A DNA stretch of 64,000 nucleotides from Basidiobolus meristosporus CBS 931.73 (Eukaryota; Fungi; Basidiobolomycota), in the NCBI GenBank assembly GCA_002104905.1, contig MCFE01000140.1:1-64000 (forward strand), in the 5' to 3' direction. A program made the translations under genes and the position numbers. The stretch's first letter is position 1. Every line of letters starts with the position of its first letter. This document shows, in pieces, positions 49,601-62,429 of this stretch. Under the pieces are notes generated by a model. That model was not told the DNA's origin and searched no databases. It saw only the letters and a list, made by a program, of their open reading frames with translations.

Positions 49601-51271
49601 CTTCTTTGTCTGAGTGCTGCTTGTATTGAACTACATCTTCTCATTGATAAATGGGGCTCTGATGCTTTTGTTTTGGCCTGCTTGTCCCTTGCAGGCACTC
49701 TGCAGGCAACCTGGCACTTTTTTCCAGCTTGTTTCAAGTTCTCAGCCCATGCTGTGACAAGCTCAAGAGGTGTCCACTGGTCTTTATTACTCCCTGGTCC
49801 TTTACTGATACTTTGAGTGAATGCTCCCTGAGTGGATCTACACCTATTCCTTGATATATGTTGTGTTGGTGTATCTGTTTCTGCCTGCTTGTCCCTGATT
49901 AGCACTCTTCCAGCAGCATGATGTCTCTTTGATGCATGTCTGGAGCTTTTGGCCCTGCCTGTAATGGGTTCTTGAGGAAGCTGCTGGTATTTAGTTATTG
50001 CACCCTTGTTCTTTTGCCTTGAATGGTTTTGGCTATTCTTGAGATACTTTTTAGAAAACCAAAGCTGGCCATTAATCTGTTTGCTTGTTTGAATCCAAGA
50101 TAATGCTTATACAACAGGTCAAGCACATTCTGCTTGGTCTTGAGTTCCTGATGGTCCGATGGTATGCTGGCCTTAAGGTGTTGGAATGCAAGACTTCTAA
50201 CAGCCTTTTGAATATCAGCCCACTCTGCATCATTGCACTCAACAGCTTCAAGGATCTTCAATGTCTTTTGATTCTTAGGCTTTGGAACAAACACCACATT
50301 GTATCCCTCCCATGCTGTGATAGGTCTTTCTGTGGGCTTTATTTTGGGGCACTGTTGTTGTGCCTCAGATACAGTAGGGTGTTCCCCAGTTGTTAAATCA
50401 CAAAATGGCTCAATTCTTAGCTGTGACATTAAGCTACTTAAGTTCCTTCTTTGCAGCAAAGTTACTGCTTTCTCAGCCTGGGATACTGATTGTTCTACTC
50501 ATTTTATTCACTCATCCTATATCTAGACTATTTCCTGATTTCTCTGGGCCATTGCATCTATCCTACCAGCTACTGAACCTAGTTCCCTCCTTAATGCATT
50601 GGTATGAGTTGAAAACATTCTTGCTAATATGGGTAGTGGTAATGCTACAATGGCCACATGCAGCTCTTCAACTGCAGGTACTGTTTTTGCTATATTCTCA
50701 TCTGCCTCAGCATTACAGGCAGCTTGCAGCTATGCAGAGATTCCCAATTGCCTACTTGGCTGAGAGCCTGAGTGTTAGCATTATTACCTTCAGTTGGCAC
50801 ACTCTCTAAAGGGCCTTTTTTGGTTGTAGCCCTTCATGTTGCACTGAATGTCAAAGCAAGCTGTTCTCTAACTGTTTTCTGCTGCTGTCAGCAGTGGTGT
50901 TTGGTTGGGAACCAGACAACTTTTCTTTACTTTTTGGTGGCATATATATGAAGTGAGTTAAACTAAAGGGGGAAAGGAGTTACAAATATGTGTGAATGTA
51001 GTGCCACAACTTTATTTATAATGCTTACTATGGCAGGGCATCATTGAATCCTACATTCATGTAGTTTCAATGTCTCAAATATAAGACTGTCTTAGATTCA
51101 CCTGAGTGTTAATAAAAAAATGACATAATAGTGTTAAATTGATGAGTATCAAATTGTTTGCCTCATGGACAGCCTACTTTGATTCAACACTATAAGAGAA
51201 GGGGAAATAGACCATGCAGCTATTGTAGCAAGCCTCTCAGTCATATTGCACACAGAGAGCATAGGGAGTAT

Positions 51272-51937
51272 TGTTGTGCATCAACATTTAAAACTTGGCC
51301 AATCTCATTCTGTTGGAAAATCTAGTACCCTAACTGATTTTCCCTAACCCAATCATAGCTAATCCCTGTTATGGTTTATTTTATCACTTCTCAGAATCTA
51401 TTTTTGGCTGTCACACCTGATCAATTTTCATGTGGTCATTGTGTTCTCAACTGATCTGCTTAGCCTTTCCAAGTGATTAGTTGTCTGAGATTTATCCAAC
51501 CACTTAGCAGTTGCCAAGACATCAGCTGATTAATGAAGCAATTTTTCATTTATCTTATGCACCTATCAACACCCCAACAGGTTTCAATTAGTCCAGTCTC
51601 TTGGTGCTTACAAGTGCAACTCAATCAGAAAAGTATAAATAAAGTTTACTGAACCTTTTGGTTTACTGTGTGTCTCAACAAAGTTAAAATTGTGCCTCAG
51701 CAAAATTAAGAATTCTACAATTTTGTTCTAGTTTCCACCCAAGCCTAGCCTGTATAGCAAGCCAACTCTGTTGCCTTTATAGCCCAACTCAACTATATAC
51801 AAAACCCATATTGGACCAGAACTTCTCTGCTAAAATATCTGTCACCCTTGACAAATCTAAGATTCTGCACTTACTTATTACTTAGGCTCAGCTAACTCAT
51901 TCATGAGCTTTATTACACTTTTCCCTTGGATACAACA
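51272..51937 (+). mobile_element. Solo LTR family C (666 bp)
   Basis: TGTTG..CAACA ends; perfect 5-bp TSD AGTAT at 51267-51271 and 51938-51942. The flanks rejoin into the transposase 5' region. Confidence 0.92.
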
Positions 51938-52949
51938 AGTATTACAAATATCACTGCCAGTGTTTTGCTACTCAAGTCATATCTCACCATTCATCAGTTA
52001 CTACTGTACCAATCATATCTTGCTGGCCACCTGATACTCCTATAATGGCAACTGGCTGTACTTGACACTTTGTGCAAATTGAGTCAGGTGAGTTTGTGAT
52101 GCCTTTAGGCTCACCCCAGCCTTCTGTATATGGGACAAAGAGTGATAACTCTGGAGAAGCAGGCTCACTCATGACTGGTGAGCCTATCTCCGCAAACAGT
52201 AGTACCCTGCAGGGGCCTGGTAAGATCTCAGTATGCAATGAGACAACACCCATTGAAAAATATGCCAAGGATACTTTATGGAGTCAAGTGAGCCCAGTCA
52301 TCCATTTACAGGTGATTGATGTGAAGTTGCGGCTGCATAAGTGGCTTGTTTCCACTAATATCAGTATGCAGGCTCTGAGGATTAACCACTACTTCTTGCC
52401 AAAGTCATTCTGGGATGCTACTTATCATGTACATGGCATAAAAGGACAACCAACATGTAGCAGGCAACATATAACCCACAGACTGTCCTGAAACCTGTGT
52501 GTCTTAACAGTTGCATGGCATTCACATTAGTAAATGCCACCATTGAAGGTGTCCAAAATGGTGGGTATCCACACCATTAGTGGAATGCATTGTTCACACT
52601 CCGGATATATTTTGGCAATACCCCATCTAAAGAAGCTAATGCAGTCCAACAGATATGGTGAAGCTACAAAGTACCACACTCAGTATTAATCAAGTGATAA
52701 CATATTCACTATATCTGATGGCAAACATTATAAACAGCTAAGAAGCAAGCGCTACTTTGAAGGTTTTTATGACCTTGCCTTTGCCTTTGAACTTGATTGA
52801 TTCTCATTAAAAGGTACTCTACAAGCAAATCCTGCTGGCCATGAACTCTCATCAACCTGAATCTGCCACCTATGTTACAGTATCAGAGCAAAAATTGATG
52901 GTAGTCTCACTAGTATCTGGGCCTAAATCACTGTCCAACCTGATAGCCA

Positions 52950-54756
52950 CCTGTATATGGAGTAGAGAATGGATACTGCAGTGGCAGAGATCTACATGTT
53001 CAGCTTTATGTTTTTAGTACAGCTGCTCCAATCTCATTACAAACTTCTTGCACAATAGCTGAAGCTGTGTCAAGTTGGCATAACAGACTTGCAGTATTTG
53101 TTGGACTGCATCAGCTTAGAAACCAGATCAGCAGACAATACACATAGAGCAATCAATATCCCAGGTAAAGAAAGCAATATCTTTGCTGTAAAGAAGGAAC
53201 TCAAGTAGCTCAATGTCACAGCCACAAATTGAGCCATTTCCCAATGTACCAGCAGAGGAACACTGTGCAGTCTTTGAGGCACAACAACAGTGCCCCAAGA
53301 TAAAGCCCACAGAAAAACCCATCACAGTGTGGGAGGGTGACAATGTGGTGTTTATGCCAAGCATAAAAGTCAAAAGACATGGAAGATCTGTGAAGCTATT
53401 GAGTGCCATAATGAAGAGCGGGCTAATATTCAAGAGGCTGTCAGAAGTCTAGCACACCACCACCTTAAGGCCAGCTTACTATGGGACCATCAGGAACTCA
53501 AGGCCAAACAGAATGCTCTTGACTTGCTCCATGAGCATTATCTGGGATTCAAATGGGCAAACAGATTTTGGGCCAAGGAGGCATGCAAAAAAACTGCAGT
53601 TCTAACCTATTAGTGCTACAAGCCTGGAGAAGACTGAATCCCATCATAGCAAGAAGAACTACCTACAAGAAAACAGCTGTTTTCATTAGAGTTGGACGCA
53701 CAGCCAGTTCAGCTACATTCCAGCAAGGTAGACAAGTTTGCTGAAAAATGCAATTTGTCTACCACAGCCTCCACATCCTCCATTGTTGACAGAGTAGAGA
53801 TCCCACTGACAGACAAGGCTGCAACATCAAGAACTCAAACAACTATCAGCAAGAAGAATTACCTACAAGAAAACAGCTGTTTTCATAAGAGTTGGAAGCA
53901 CAGCCAGTTCAGCTACATTCCAGCAAGGTAGACAAGTTTGCTGAAAAAGCTAATTTGTCTACCACAGCCTCCACATCCTCCATTATCAACAGAGTGGAGA
54001 TCCCACTGAGAGACAAGGCCACAATGCCAGGAGCTCAAAAGACTATGAAAGTGCCTTCAGAAGAATTTTGGAACATTAATAGGCAAACCAAGAGGTTGCA
54101 ACACTTCTTCAAGAGCAGTGCTCAAGAAAATGCACTGGACTATTGCAAGAATTTATTGCAAAGACTGGCGCATGAGGTGCTAGACCTTGCAGTGCCAACT
54201 GAAGACCAGGATGTGTGGGAACCAGTGAATGAACAATGGCATAGAGCCATTGGGTTCCTGCCAAAGTCATGGAACCAGAGAGACACAGCAGAAATGCTTG
54301 GTGAGTGGTGGATTTAATGGAGTTACTTGTTGAATGCGGGGTTGGGCTTAATGTTAGTGTGGGTATAGGGACTTGTATTGGTCAATGCAACTGGCAATTG
54401 GGGTACAACTAAAGTTTCAACAGAAATAAATCAATTTGAATGCATGAAAAGTAAGAGAAACAGTTGAGTCAGGAAATAAGGAGTGTGAAAAGAAGCAACA
54501 GCCAATCAATGCACACAAATGTAGGAGGTGATAGAGTGCTCAGGATCAGAAAGTGAGCAATTGGCAGGGAATCAAACAAAAACCACATATATATTTTTGT
54601 GATGATAAGTTCTGACTAACTTTGTTGTGAAATCTGGGGTGCAATTATTTTCAACAGTCACTGGATGGTGTCCTGCCTGGATCAGTACCTCTTAGTCACA
54701 GGAATTTAACTATGTGAAGGCCTTTTGACAGGATCATAACACTATCTTTCATAGAG
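52950..54756 (+). mobile_element. CACTA-like copy 5, internally deleted, with right end
   Basis: A short transposase piece is joined to ORF2 (53150-54317). Ends ..tttcatagag, the TIR with one mismatch. Confidence 0.75.
53648..54047 (+). repeat. 200-bp tandem duplication inside ORF2 of copy 5
   Basis: agcaagaagaa(c/t)tacctacaagaaaacagc occurs at 53648 and 53848; the units are collinear. Confidence 0.9.
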
Positions 54757-56530
54757 CCTGTGAGACTGCCTTTCAGATGCTCAAGAATGAACTTGCTGAG
54801 CTGCTAAGCTTAAGCATACCAGACTTCAGAAAAAGAGTTTACTCTATCCTCAGATGCTTAAGACTATGCAGTTGGTGGAGTGCTGAGCCAAGAATATGAG
54901 GGAGAGGAATACCCATTTGCTTTTGTGTCCAAGAAGCTGAACTCAGCAGAACAAGACTATATACACTGCTTAAAGACCTGGAGATGCTATATTCAAGGAG
55001 TCAAGTGCACTGTGAAGACTGATCACACCTCACTCAAGTATATATTTACTCAGAAAGTACTCTCCAGAAGAATGACAAGATGGAGTGAATACATTCAGCA
55101 ATTTGACTTGGAGATTTTCTACTGCCCTGGAAAAAACAACACAGTGCTGGTACCTTATCAAGACTAGAACAAGTTGCACAAATCAACTGGGTGCATGAGT
55201 CAGATTGGCCAAGCCTATTACCAAAGTACTTGCAGGACCTAGTCATTCCTAATGTGGTGTGGTGGGGTCACAGTGACACCCACTAACAGATGTGCTCATT
55301 CTTATATTTTCTACTTCCCTATTTCTCTACTACACTTGTATTAGTCTTATCCCATTTGTCTTACCTGATCAGTACTATCCCATAAGCAAGCTGACTATCA
55401 CACCTGCTTACCTTATTGCATAACGTATCCCTCACTTAAGTAAGGTTACTAGCAGTAAGTGCTTCCATATTTGGCAAGTATCCATGCCAGTACCCTTGAC
55501 ACATGATCAACCTGCGTAAACATCCTTACCATTTTTATACCATATATGGTATCTCTATGTTACACAGGTTTCAGAGTTCTGATTCCTGATTTGTTAGATG
55601 TGCTGTGCCTCCGAGAACCTTCCAGCACCTACTTAGAGCATACTTAGGTCATTCTGATATCATTAAGATATCTATTGATATCCCAAACCTTCTGGAACAC
55701 CATGATTAGTAATCACTTTGCCAGTGAGGAAAGTATATAAGGGAGGTAATCCCTCAACAATAAATCATCATCCCTTTTATCACTATACCAACTTGTTGAT
55801 TAGTGTGATCACTGCTATCTGCTGCTACCTGAACTTCCAACCCCTGGCCACAGAACACTTCCAGGAAACCATGCTGACAGTCAACTGACCTTGGAGACAC
55901 TACTGGTGAGGAATACTCAGAGTAGGTATCTTTTATTATATTTAATTCTTTCCCAAGTTTGTTCTTGTTCAGGCAAAGATGCTTTTCTGTCTTTGTAACT
56001 ATTGACCATAGCTGCATACTTATCAAGTCCCTGCTGGTGGAGTTTACAGTTGTTTCACTTTGGAAGCTTTAGTATATTGTAATCTCAAAGGATGCTGAAC
56101 CCAGCACATACTTTTATTAAGATGCCAACTAAGTTGGGGATTGTAAATCAATAGTTTTCTCTTGGCAAACTTGTGGCTTTGTTCCCCATCACAATAGATT
56201 AGAGACAGAACCCAAGTATTCCTAGCAAGCTTTTGCCAGAGGTTATTACATTGAGTGAACACCCCACACACAAAACACTTCAGAAGTGTTGGACATATCT
56301 CTCCCTTGGACTGATACACCACCACAGCGGTGGATGAAGAGATTCAGAAGACAATCTAGGATGAAGCCAGCAAACTTGTAGCACAGGATGAAACACTCTA
56401 TCAAATTGTTGATGGAAGTCCTATGGCCTATTGCCATTATGTTGCTTGCCTGGATTTAATACATAAGCTACACAATGGATAAGGACATCTTGGAATCTAA
56501 TAGTAGACATTTCACAGATTGAAACTTTGG
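54757..56530 (+). pseudogene. Ty3/gypsy pol remnant (RT connection/RNase H into integrase N-terminus), split by an LTR at 55253-56326
   Basis: AFQMLK..PDF..F.L.SDA.DYAVGGVLSQ..PFAFVSKKLN.AEQ.Y; VKTDHTSL..RMTRWSEYIQQFDLEIFYCPGKNN. Resumes at 56327 collinear with the 63590 copy. Confidence 0.85.
55253..56326 (+). mobile_element. LTR related to family B (~1.07 kb)
   Basis: Starts TGTGG, ends CACCACCACA like LTR-B; internal block 55480-55790 is homologous to 60010-60320. No TSD recognised. Confidence 0.65.
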
Positions 56531-56880
56531 GCTTGTAACTTCTAGTAAGCGCTTGAGAAAAAGTGGATGTGATTAGGTAATCAAATTGATAATAAGGTTT
56601 TTGCTGGATAATATATTGCATGTCAAGGTAATAAGTGTACTTTACATGGTGGTGGCAAAACAAACACACAGAACATGCTAAGGAAAGTCCCAAGAGAATA
56701 CGTGCAAGGCTTTGGGTGGTTTGAAGTATTAAAGTTTTAGGTGCTTTGTACTTACTATTTGGTGATAATATTTGAAGTTTATCCCAATACAGATATATGG
56801 AGAAATATTCTAAAACTGGTAGGTAAGTACTGAAGTGACTAAGTTAGGTAAGCATATAGGTGCAATTACAGAACATTACA
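56530..56880 (-). mobile_element. Highly diverged copia LTR with a PBS remnant
   Basis: Reverse complement contains cacctatatgcttacctaacttagtcact, followed by agttacaagccc resembling GGTTATGAGCCC. Confidence 0.5.
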
Positions 56881-57540
56881 GCAATATTCCATTGTATCTG
56901 GAAGCCAATATAACTCAACTAAAAGAAAAGACATCAATGTTCTAACACAGGAAACTTGAACTAATTTGTTCTGAGTGTTCAATCTCAATGATCAAAAGTC
57001 AGCTAAGTTGAAGAGCCATTTGATACCAAAATTGATATGCAAAAAGTTAAGCCTGCATATTATGAAAACAAGTTGGACCATCTTTCAAGTACTCCAGCTA
57101 AGTTATAACCTTGAATAGTATAGATTCAACTTACTCTAATCTGTGTAAGCATGTGTAAAAGGTATCCTTAGCTGGAATGATATATTCAGTGCATTTATTA
57201 AAAGTTATGTGGTATACTTACTGCTCTACTTCACCAAGAGAATCAGAGATGCTTTGTCCCAAGATTGAGGAGTTCAAAGAAATGTTAGAGAAAAGTCAAA
57301 GGCCAAATGGAGAGGATCTACACTAATAGTGAAGGAGAATATAGCTCAACACTCCTCTAATACTTCTACCAATTTCATGGGGTAGAGTAAGTGACCACTG
57401 TACCATACACTACACAGCACAACATAATGTCAGAATATGAAACTAGACTGATAACTGTTGTGGCAAGATATATGACCATTATCAAAAGTTACAACTTGCT
57501 TTTGGGGTAAAAGCAGTTGCTACTGCTATATATCCTGTAG
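56881..57540 (+). pseudogene. Degenerate copia integrase fragment
   Basis: Nucleotide similarity to 37550-38200 (tatctggaagccaatataa..., gcagttgctactgctatatat). Confidence 0.6.
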
Positions 57541-57644
57541 TTGAAGCTGTTGAGATATTTTAGAGATATATTGAAAGTGAAATAAATGATTAACAGATAT
57601 ACATGATATTCACATGTTCATTTATTGAGTTGCAACACATTCTG

Positions 57645-58678
57645 TGTCAAAAATTTAAAGTCCTGTGACTCAGAGGAACTGATCCCATCAAGACACTGTC
57701 CAGAGACTGTTGAAAAATAATTGCACCCCAGATTTCACAAGATATTTAGTATAAATTTTTCATCACAACAATATATAAGTGGCTTTTAATTAGTTCCCTG
57801 CCAATTTGCTCACTGTCTGATCCCAGACACTCTATCACCTCCTATGTCTGTGTGTATTGATTGGCTATTGACACTTTTTCACACTTCTTACTTTCTGACT
57901 CAATTGTTTCTCTTACTTCTCATGTGTACAAATTGAATTATTTCTGTTGAAACTTCAGTTGTACCTCAATTGCCAGTTGTATTGACCTATATCAGTCTCT
58001 ATACCCTACACTAGCATTAAGCCCAACACCACACTCAACAAGCAACTCCGTTAAAAACCATTACTCACTATGTATTTCTGCTGTGATGCTCTGGTTCCAC
58101 CGCTATGCCACTGTTCATTCAATGGTTCCCCCACATCCTGACCTTCAGCTGGCACTGCAAGGTCTAGCACCTCATCAACCAGCCTTTGCAATAAATCCTT
58201 GCAATATTCCAGTGCATTTTCTTGAGCACTGCTCTTGAAGAAGTCTGCAACCTCTTGGTGTGCCTATGAGTATTCCAAAGTTCCACTGAAGGAATTTTGA
58301 TAGTCTTTTAAGTTCATGATGTTGCAGCCTTGTCTGTCAGTGGGATCTCCACTCTGTTGATAATGGAGGATGTGGAGGCTTTGGTAGACAAATTGCCTTT
58401 CTCAGCAAACTCATCTACCTTGCTGGAATGTTGCTCAACTGGCTGCACTTGCAACTCTTATGAAAACAGCCAATTTCTTGTTAGTAATTCCACTTGAGTA
58501 TGATGGGACTCAATCTGTTCCAGGCTGCAGTTTTTTGTATGCTTCCCCGTCTCAGGCTTGGGTAGATTTTTTTACCTGTACCTTTTCCTTTATCACTGCC
58601 AGCTCTTTTGATGCTACTTTCTCTGAGTGCTTCTTGTAATGAACTACACTTTCTCCTTAATAAATTCTGCTCTGATGC
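57645..58678 (-). mobile_element. CACTA-like copy 6 (inverted right part, terminus truncated)
   Basis: Reverse-complement match to 32750-33775. Confidence 0.8.
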
Positions 58679-60602
58679 TGTGATAAGGTAAACATACCTC
58701 CCACAGACAAGTTTATTCATATAGCTATTATGATGTACTTATCCATATTTTATCTTATTGGTATTATCCCATTCTTCTTTTGCCCATATTATTAGTATTA
58801 TCTGTTGTGTTGTATTGTGATTATTTTGGGGCTTGTTCTACAATGTAGAGGATAATCAACAATATACAACAACTTCCTGTATGCTAATATTGAAATTGTT
58901 TATTAGGAATTTGATATACCAATATAAGATATAACCTTCACTAATTTCCTCAATCTTGGGCTCAAAATATACTATAGGCAGTGTTTATCACTTCTACAGC
59001 AATGTTCTGACCTTCTGTTGACTGATGAGCATATTTACTCTTATAGTAATTTTTCCTTATTTGAAAGTCACTTTCCTTTCTGAGAAAATATTTCGTAATA
59101 TGGAAATTCTGAACTCTTCTTTAACCTAAAGGGGTGTGTTGTAGAAGTCTCTAAAGGGGTCTTTAGACCTAAAGGGGTGTCTTAAGGGGTGTCTTTAGAG
59201 TAAGTGGGCTTCTTGTAGTGGGCTCTAAAGTGGACTTTACACTAAAGGGGTGCCTAAAGGGGCTTCTCTAGAGTAAAGGGGCTTCTTAGAGGGGACTTTT
59301 CCAACAGAAAAGTGGTAGATTCTTGTAGAACTTAGGTTGGATTCTTGTGAGCTTTGCAGTCTCTTTATTGATGTAGTACTGATCAGAGTCAGAATACTCA
59401 ACAGTGCAAGTGATGCAGGGGAAGTCTTATAACCTTTAAGCTTGTAATTGTAGTGTGGAGATTCTGCAAAGACAGGCTCCCTTTTTATTTTTCAGCTGGG
59501 GAAGTCATATATATGAAAACTCTGAAGGATTATAGTGTATGGGCAATTGCGCAAGCAATACATGTGATACAAAGCAAATAATTTGCAGTAGCGCAGATTG
59601 GACATAGGTGCAGCACCTGTGCAATTTTCACATGATTTAATTGGCTATTTCAAAAGTTACACGCAATCAAAGTCACCATAGTAATCCTGGCAATAAGGCA
59701 TAGTAAATATAATAATTAGACTCTTTTGGTCATAACTCCTTAAGTAATGCTTCAAATGAGCTGCAATCTGAAACATGTGCTGACTACTACAAGTTTGGTA
59801 TGACATAATATTCTTGGGTTGATTGCTTGTCAGGGTCTGGAGCATTTGTCCTTCAAAGTTGGAAATTCTTGATCTTTCACTTCTGTGTTACAAGAGCAAA
59901 AAGCAAAATCAATAAATGAGTGCAATATTGGTTTAGAGATATTGTAGTAATGGAATACTTTCCATTACCGCAGAAGCATGGAAATGATCTCTATATGTAT
60001 CTATATTAGGCACGTACACGCACAAGTAGCAATGACACATTACCTAAGTCTGTGTTACCATCCCTGCCATTTAAGTACCATATATGATATCTCTATGTTG
60101 CACAGGTTTCAGACTACTGCACTCTGATTGGTTGGATGTGCATTGCCTTTTTGAATCTTCCAGGACATACTTGGCATATTTTGAGCTCATTGTGATGTCA
60201 TTAAGAATTCCACTGATGCCTGGGATCATCTAGAATCTTGTCATTAGTAATCACTTGGCAATCAGGAAAAGTATTTAAGTGAAGGCAATGCCTCATCAAT
60301 ATATCATCCCTTCTATCAATAACACTTCTTCCTTACTGATTAGCAGTTAATCACTGCACCTGCCTTTAACAGTTACACCTCAGACCTGCCATCAAGGAGC
60401 TTCCCAGGGTAGTATACAATACACACAGAGGCCTTTGTAGACACTTGGAGCACCTAGGAAGTTAGAGAAGCAGGAGCTTTTACCATAGTGACATATCAAC
60501 AAAGACATCAGCTGTTTAGACCCAGATGTTATTGCACCCATCAGACACCTCACACACCTTGAGTTGTGCAGCTTCTCCCAGGAGTACCTCTACACCACCA
60601 CA
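58679..60602 (+). mobile_element. Solo LTR-B containing a nested LTR-A
   Basis: 58679-58802 and 59973-60602 match the reverse complement of 44969-45770; the outer flanks do not match each other. Confidence 0.8.
58803..59972 (+). mobile_element. Uninterrupted solo LTR-A (1170 bp); contains the empty site of the copia insertion
   Basis: ggggacTTTTCcaacagaaaagtgg at ~59290-59315 carries a single TTTTC. Confidence 0.9.
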
Positions 60603-61029
60603 ACAGTTGAGTTGCAAAGTAAGAAGTGTGAAAAAGTGGCTATAGCCAATCAATGTACACAAACATAGGAGGCAATTGAGTGGCTGGGATCAGAAAGTGA
60701 GAAAACTGGCAGGGAACCAAGCTGATCAAGTCTAGGGATTTGTTGCCTACTAAAACTCAAAATGCTGAGAGCAATCTAATCCCAAGTAAATCTTTAATCA
60801 GGTTATTGTTAGAGCCAAACAAAAAAGCTTTGGTCATTGCAGATGATAATACATTTGTGGTGCATCCTATATCAGCTCCCAGGTATATCCTGCAAGTGCT
60901 CATTCAAGTATCAAGAAGCAGAAATTCTGACTAGACTTGAAGTAGCCTTTGCTATTCAGTTAATGAGGATAAGGAACACTGTTCTCAAAGAAAGCAGCAC
61001 TACTTGGCTTACTGTTTAGCTTCTCAGTA

Positions 61030-62420
61030 TAAGGATGTTACCTATCAGATCCATATTTTTAGTCAGCAGATCCTTATCAGACAGAAATAAATATAATAAG
61101 TAGGATCTAATTGGGTGATGATGATGCAATCAAATGAGTTACTAGCCACAATCTACATTGGGAAATACAATTGGTCAGCAATTTATCTGCTATATTTATA
61201 TGAGGAGCTGCTGGAACCTAAATAAAAAGAAGTTCAAGCCTTAGTGAATACAATGCTAGCTACATTCCCTATTTCTCTTCAACATGTTTATCAAGATTTG
61301 TAACAGTAGATACCCATACCCAGTGGCTGAGCTTCTGTCAACAAAATCCCCATCCTAGTCTAAATCTCCATAACCATCATATTTTTGCCTATTAGCTGCT
61401 CCAGAGTATTATGGTGACATACTTTTGCTGCCTTGTAGATATCTGTAAAATTGCTCAACTGATATAACTTGATTAGATCCACAATTTTGCATAAATTGAC
61501 TTACTATTCCCACTATCACTGCAATATTTGGATGTGTCAATACCATTAGGAGGATCAGGCCACCAATCATTGACTGATATTGAAAGTTTTGGTCAATATA
61601 AGAGCTTTTTCACCCAATTTGGCTGAGATTTGCTCAATATTAGGTAACTGTCCATTAATTGCTGCAGGCTTCCATATTTCCACTTAAAGTGTGTAGGAAT
61701 GTCCTGGATATATGTAGACTGATTCAGCACAGTTTTCTGTGTAGTTTTGTAGAATACAACTTCAATTCAAAGAAAATAGCTCAACTTTCCAAGATTTCTC
61801 ATCTCAAATTTGCCAAAGAGCGCTGACCTAGTCTGCTTAGGAGCCTCCTTGTCACTTATAGCTATTGTTAGGTTGTCCATATAAAGCATCAGGATAGTTA
61901 CTTCCTTTTTAAGTTGTCTCACATATATATTTTGTGATCTGCAGTACAGCAAAGGTACTCAATCTTGTTGTACCATGCTCTAGGTGCCTACTCAAGCTAG
62001 TACAACAATTTTCTCAGCCCATTCACCTTAAAAGAGCTCTTTGCTTGGCAATCCATCTGGCTGCTCCATTTGTATAGTTTCTTGCAGATCACCTTTTAGA
62101 ATAGTGGTTACAATGTCAGTTTGGTGTGGATCCAGACTGTATACAGTTGCCCATGCTAGTATTACAAGTCTTGATATGAGAGTTGTAGAGTAATAGGGAG
62201 TTTGCTAGCATTGTATCCACCAAAACTTGAACTGCATTTTTTTGAGGTTCCAGTGGCTCCTCATATACATTGTGCCAGATCAATTGCTGAGTAATTATAC
62301 ATCCTAATGTAGGTTATGACCAATAATTCATTTGAATGCATCATCACCACCCAATTAGATCCTACTTCCTATATCTATTTTTGTCTGATAAGGCTCTGCT
62401 GATTCATCTGCTGGATAATA
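61030..62420 (-). pseudogene. Degenerate Ty1/copia RT region (second family) with an associated repeat also found inverted at 61030-61330 and at 63790-64000
   Basis: HQTDIVTTILKGDL..MEQPDG, LMLYMDNL, FEMRNLG.LSYFL. The block gatcctacttc..cacccaattag occurs three times. Confidence 0.65.
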
Positions 62421-62429
62421 CTACTGACT

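Larger units (their letters stand above)
46652..52930 (-). mobile_element. CACTA-like copy 4 (inverted; ORF2 on minus, transposase 5' half on plus), interrupted by three solo LTRs
   Basis: Degenerate right end at ~46652; ORF2 homology 47100-50950; transposase homology 51200-52930. Boundaries are approximate. Confidence 0.75.

Noticed and set aside
59944-59975. Helitron 3' end interpretation of the LTR-A hairpin
   Set aside because: There is no CTRR terminus or A/T insertion, and the copies have TG..CA ends with 4-bp TSDs, which Helitrons do not make.
41400-60000. Numerous 60-150-aa ORFs in the TE nest as host genes
   Set aside because: All that I examined map to frames or antisense of CACTA ORF2, transposase or LTR copies.
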